Source: a virus
Lineage: Duplodnaviria > Caudoviricetes
Direction: 5' to 3' (one strand)
DNA length: 64,000 nt
Virus record (IMG/VR): IMGVR_UViG_3300028601_000027
Location: 1-64,000 of that record
Shown one piece after another: positions 60,011 through 64,000 of the stretch (position 1 is the stretch's first letter; each line of letters begins with the position of its first letter). A model generated the notes under the pieces. The model made no database searches. It was not told the DNA's origin and worked only from the letters and a program-made list of their open reading frames with translations. A program made the position numbers and the translations under genes.

Positions 60011-62041
60011 TTATTGTAGCTTTTGTATCAGTAGTTCTACAACGTTTTCTAATTCTGTTACTCTCTTATTTAACTCCTTGTTTCCTTCAATCAGATAACC
60101 AACCAAACCATTGTAATTAACAGATTTAATACCATCATCATTAGTTGATACTAGGTGAGGTAATATTTGTTCTAGTTCTTGAGCAATAACACCAGCAGAT
60201 TTATGATTGTTTCCAATCCAATTAAACTCTACACCTTCTAATTGGTCAATAGTAGAATTAGCATCGTCTATCCTTAGAATGTTTGTTTTGTAGTTCTCAT
60301 CAGATAGAGAATTAAATTCAGTGGAGTTGAGTGTACCAGTGCTAGGATTGAAATATAATTTAGTACTAGCTGTATATGCTTCTGTCCATGCACCAGTTGT
60401 AGCTCTAGCCATTCCTAAATACTGAGTAGTATCAGTAGAGGCATCGTCAGTAAGTGTAGCACCTGAAGTGATACCTGTCAAGTTAGAACCATCGCCATAA
60501 AAATTAGTAGCATGGAAATTACCATCGTAATTTAATCTAGTGGTATTAGTAGGATCAGTAGTACCGCCATCAAATTGACCCGCTGCCTTAGTAGTACCAT
60601 TATAGTAAACCGCACCAGTAGTAGTATCACCAGCAGTAATACTAGATAACGAAAAAGTAGTACCATTTAAACTAATACCATCACCAGCAGTGTAAGTTTC
60701 ACCAGTACTAATGCCAGTTAGATTAGAACCATCACCATAAAAAGCAGTAGCATGGAAATTACCATCGTAATTTAATCTAGTAGTACTAACAGGATCAGTA
60801 GTGCCACCATATAATTTACCGCTTGACCGTAAAACTCCATTATAACTTAATGCGCCTACATCAGCATCACCAGCAGTATTGTTTATTAAGCTAAACTCAG
60901 CACCACTTAGTGTTAATCCTTCACCAGCAGTATAACTAGAACCAGCAGAATTAATAGTAATACTATCTGTAGTGTCATCAGTAGTAATAGTGATATTTGT
61001 TCCTGCTACTAACGTTAAGCTATCAGAAATGGTATCAGCTACTACATCATTTTGTCCACTAACTGATATTGTATTAAATGTATTTAATGATTGATTTTCC
61101 CATCTTTCATTAGTGCCATTGTAAACAATAAAATCTTTATCGGATAAAGTATCAAACTCTACATTACTGTCAGTATCCCCTAAAACTGAACCTGTACTCA
61201 TTCTAACATAAATCCAACCATTGTTAGTTCCACCTCTAAGAACTAATCCAATAGCGGCTTTAATAGCAGGGGCTTCAGGTTTAACATTAGTCCAACCACC
61301 ATCTACTAATGGGTTATGATACAAAATAGTTCCAACAGTCCATCCATTAGTGTCTACGTTTCTAACTATACCATGAGTTACAATTTTGCCTGTATCAGAA
61401 TTAATAGGAATATCAGCAGTAGCTACACCTAACATGGTATTGGGTGGCACAGTTCCATCAGAAACAGCCTTAGCTATCTCCATTTTGTCACCCTGAACAC
61501 CAGTCATCATTACTAGAGAACCATTTTCAATCAATTCGCCACTTTTATTAATTGTGGGAGGTAAGAAAAACTCTTGTCCTACTTGTTGAACAGAACCATC
61601 AGCATGACTAATATTTAACGTATCGTCTTCTACATTATACCACACTCTACCCTGTAGTGGTGTTACAGCATCACCTAATAAATTAAAATCAATATAGTCT
61701 AATGTTGGGGTATCACTTAAACTAATATCTAATGTTTTACTAACACCATCTGTAGTAATATCTAAGTTGTTATTGGTTGAATATCCGTTAACTTCTATGT
61801 TTAAGGTATCGGTAGATGAAGTAGCAGTAAGAGTTAATTCACCAGTTGAATTAATATACTTGAAGCTATCGCTTATTGTTCCCTCTATCGCATCAAGAGC
61901 AGAAGTCACCCACTTTTCAGTAGTGCCATCATATTTTAAAATATACCCATCTTGTAAAGTACTATCGTCAACATCAGTCATTAATCCTAACTGAGAAGCC
62001 CCACCACCCGTTCCATATCTAGTAGAAATATAATCTATCAT
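60011..62041 (-). CDS. Tail fibre protein with C-terminal peptidase S74 chaperone
   Basis: T/G-rich repeats; SDENYKTNI...GVEFNW...AGVIAQELE...VNYNGL. Confidence 0.9.
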   Translation of the reverse strand: MIDYISTRYGTGGGASQLGLMTDVDDSTLQDGYILKYDGTTEKWVTSALDAIEGTISDSFKYINSTGELTLTATSSTDTLNIEVNGYSTNNNLDITTDGVSKTLDISLSDTPTLDYIDFNLLGDAVTPLQGRVWYNVEDDTLNISHADGSVQQVGQEFFLPPTINKSGELIENGSLVMMTGVQGDKMEIAKAVSDGTVPPNTMLGVATADIPINSDTGKIVTHGIVRNVDTNGWTVGTILYHNPLVDGGWTNVKPEAPAIKAAIGLVLRGGTNNGWIYVRMSTGSVLGDTDSNVEFDTLSDKDFIVYNGTNERWENQSLNTFNTISVSGQNDVVADTISDSLTLVAGTNITITTDDTTDSITINSAGSSYTAGEGLTLSGAEFSLINNTAGDADVGALSYNGVLRSSGKLYGGTTDPVSTTRLNYDGNFHATAFYGDGSNLTGISTGETYTAGDGISLNGTTFSLSSITAGDTTTGAVYYNGTTKAAGQFDGGTTDPTNTTRLNYDGNFHATNFYGDGSNLTGITSGATLTDDASTDTTQYLGMARATTGAWTEAYTASTKLYFNPSTGTLNSTEFNSLSDENYKTNILRIDDANSTIDQLEGVEFNWIGNNHKSAGVIAQELEQILPHLVSTNDDGIKSVNYNGLVGYLIEGNKELNKRVTELENVVELLIQKLQ

Positions 62042-62161
62042 TGTTTTCTCCTTAATGTGTGTAGATAAACCCTTTTACTATTATTTATCTTGACTAACAA
62101 AAAACCCCCTGATAACTAATATAGCTACCAAGGGGTTTAATGTTTGTTATAGGGTTAATGT

Positions 62162-64000
62162 TTATTTATTTTCTAGTTGTTCTACCTTAGCACTAAGTTC
62201 TTTTACTGATTCAATTAAGTAACCAATAATACCATCGTAGTTAACAGATTTAACACCATCATCATTAGTTGATACTAAGTGTGGTAATATTTCTTCTAGC
62301 TGTTGTGCGATAACACCAGCAGATTTAATTCCATTGTCTTTCCAATTAAATTCTACACCTTCGATTTGATTAATAGTATCAGTAGCTTCAGTAATCTGAA
62401 TCACATCAGTTTTAAAGTTAATATCAGATAGAGAATTAAACTCAGTAGAATTGAGTGTACCAGTACTAGGATTAAAGTAAAGTTTAGTACTAGAGGTATA
62501 TGCTTCTGTCCATGCACCAGTAGTAGCTCTAGCCATTCCTAAATACTGAGTAGTATCAGTATCAGTATCATCAGTAAGAGTAGCACCACCACTTACACCA
62601 GTTAGATTAGACCCATCGCCAAAAAAGGCAGTGGCATGGAAATTACCATCGTAATTTAATCTGGCAGTGTTAGTTGGGTCAGTAGTTCCACCATCAAACT
62701 GACCAGCTACCTTAGTAGTACCATTATAACCTACTGCCCCTACTGTAGTATCACCAGCAGTAATATCGGTTAAGGTAAACTCAGTACCAGTTAGAGTTAG
62801 TCCATCACCAGCAGTGTAAGTAGTGTCACTATCAGCAGGTAGAGTTAGTGCTACTGAACCTACACTAGAAATATGACCTTCAGAATCATAAGTAACACTA
62901 GGAACATTAAAACTACCACCATAAGATAGCGTTCTGGTAACTCCACCTTCTTCAGCACTTCCAGCTACAATAGAATTAGTGTGGTTAAATGTAGTACCAT
63001 CTAGGGTTAAACCAGTGCCAGCAGTATAAGGTTCACCAGTACTAATACCAGTTAGATTAGACCCATCGCCATAAAAGGCAGTGGCATGGAAATTACCATC
63101 GTAGTTTAATCTAGTTACATTAGTTGGATCAGTAGTGCCACCATCAAATTGACCAGCTACCTTAGTAGTACCATTATAGTAAACCGCACCAGTAGTAGTA
63201 TCACCAGCAGTAATACTAGTTAGTGAGAAAGTAGTACCAGCTAAACTAATACCATCGCCAGCACTATAAGTAGTGTCATTGTCAGTTGGTAACGTTAGGG
63301 AGATAGTTCCAGTACTAGAAATATGACCTTCAGAATCATAAGTAACACTAGGAACATTAAAACTATCACCGAAGGATAATGTTCTAGTAGTTCCACCTTC
63401 TTCAGCAGTTCCCGCTACAATAGTATTAGTATGATTAAATGTAGTACCATCTAGGGTTAAACCAGTACCAGCAGTATAAGTGATACTTTCTCCCGGTTCC
63501 GCACCAGTAATAGTAATCTCGCCAGTAGTAGCATTAGTAGTTAATGTAATGTTAGCGCCACCTACTAGAGTTAGTGTATCATTATTAGAACCAGCAGTTA
63601 AGGTAGGTTGTCCACTAACAGCTACGTTTTTGTAGATGTTTTGTGTAGAACCCTTATCAGTATTAGTTAATGATATTGTTTCAATAGTTCCCTGATTAGT
63701 AGTAAACGCACCAGTTCCACCTAAACCATCAGTTCCACTAATAGTAATTTCTGTGTCGTTTACTGTGGGGATAGTTGGAACATTAGTGAAATTAGTATAA
63801 TCAAGATAATAACTAGGTAGTTCTCCACCTAATGTGTCTGCATCTCCACCACTAATAACAATGTCACCAGAACCTAACACTGATTCACCATTAATAGTTT
63901 TAATGTTAGTACCAGAAACTAATTGTTCTTGGTAAGTACCAAAATCACTAATCTGAGATTCTGTAATACTAATACCAGTAGACTTATCCCATGCTGTGAA
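62162..64000 (-). CDS. Tail fibre protein with S74 chaperone (5' part outside the window)
   Basis: Frame stays open to the window end (FTAWDKSTGISITESQISD...); same repeats and SDINFKTDV...AQQLE. Confidence 0.88.
   Translation of the reverse strand, partial: FTAWDKSTGISITESQISDFGTYQEQLVSGTNIKTINGESVLGSGDIVISGGDADTLGGELPSYYLDYTNFTNVPTIPTVNDTEITISGTDGLGGTGAFTTNQGTIETISLTNTDKGSTQNIYKNVAVSGQPTLTAGSNNDTLTLVGGANITLTTNATTGEITITGAEPGESITYTAGTGLTLDGTTFNHTNTIVAGTAEEGGTTRTLSFGDSFNVPSVTYDSEGHISSTGTISLTLPTDNDTTYSAGDGISLAGTTFSLTSITAGDTTTGAVYYNGTTKVAGQFDGGTTDPTNVTRLNYDGNFHATAFYGDGSNLTGISTGEPYTAGTGLTLDGTTFNHTNSIVAGSAEEGGVTRTLSYGGSFNVPSVTYDSEGHISSVGSVALTLPADSDTTYTAGDGLTLTGTEFTLTDITAGDTTVGAVGYNGTTKVAGQFDGGTTDPTNTARLNYDGNFHATAFFGDGSNLTGVSGGATLTDDTDTDTTQYLGMARATTGAWTEAYTSSTKLYFNPSTGTLNSTEFNSLSDINFKTDVIQITEATDTINQIEGVEFNWKDNGIKSAGVIAQQLEEILPHLVSTNDDGVKSVNYDGIIGYLIESVKELSAKVEQLENK

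Noticed and set aside
3000-61994. Many short ORF-track entries antisense to or overlapping long genes (e.g. 3000-3206, 5796-6179, 7815-8012, 17362-17685, 22979-23224, 51379-51630, 51473-51754, 61767-61994)
   Set aside because: Shadow frames of well-supported genes or attC regions; no RBS or motifs.
1-64000. Genome-wide stop-codon reassignment suggested by the in-frame TGA in the MTase
   Set aside because: Conserved genes are intact under code 11; TGA and TAG terminate other ORFs normally (e.g. 30127, 4719).
1-64000. tRNA genes and CRISPR arrays
   Set aside because: No cloverleaf with a T-loop motif and no regularly spaced repeat-spacer array seen by eye; tRNAscan would be needed to exclude them fully.

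Overview
About 64 kb of a large, AT-rich, T4-like (myovirus) lytic phage genome. All calls come from motif recognition and manual reading; no database searches were run. 0-19 kb is a plus-strand late module: putative internal head proteins, TerL, sheath, a free-standing homing endonuclease, tail tube, gp15, gp16, gp26/gp51 and a tape measure with an SLT domain. It is interrupted three times by antisense early-gene inserts. 19-60 kb is a minus-strand early/middle region: gp32, many accessory ORFs, an RNA-repair cluster, a DNA methyltransferase, ThyX, lysis genes, gp59, NAD-dependent ligase, Rnl2, RegA, gp62/gp44/gp45. 60-64 kb holds two repeat-rich tail fibre genes with S74 chaperone domains. 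Most notable observations: (1) an array of integron attC-like sites marking gene boundaries in GC-richer islands (50.9-52.6 kb and 22.8-23.2 kb), with no integrase in the window; (2) a clamp-loader gp44 gene fractured by a naturally split intein with an endonuclease between the halves; (3) a DNA methyltransferase whose catalytic DPPYG motif is followed by a 9-nt GGC-TGA-CTT-GGC stop-hop-like gap; (4) a family of ORFs with T4 capsid-targeting-like N-termini (ART-like, SAM-lyase-like, GNAT-like, and an extended RNA ligase), suggesting an injected anti-defence toolkit; (5) a likely -1 frameshift joining gp26 to gp51; (6) a deleted IS605/tnpB mini-element. No tRNA genes or CRISPR arrays were recognised.
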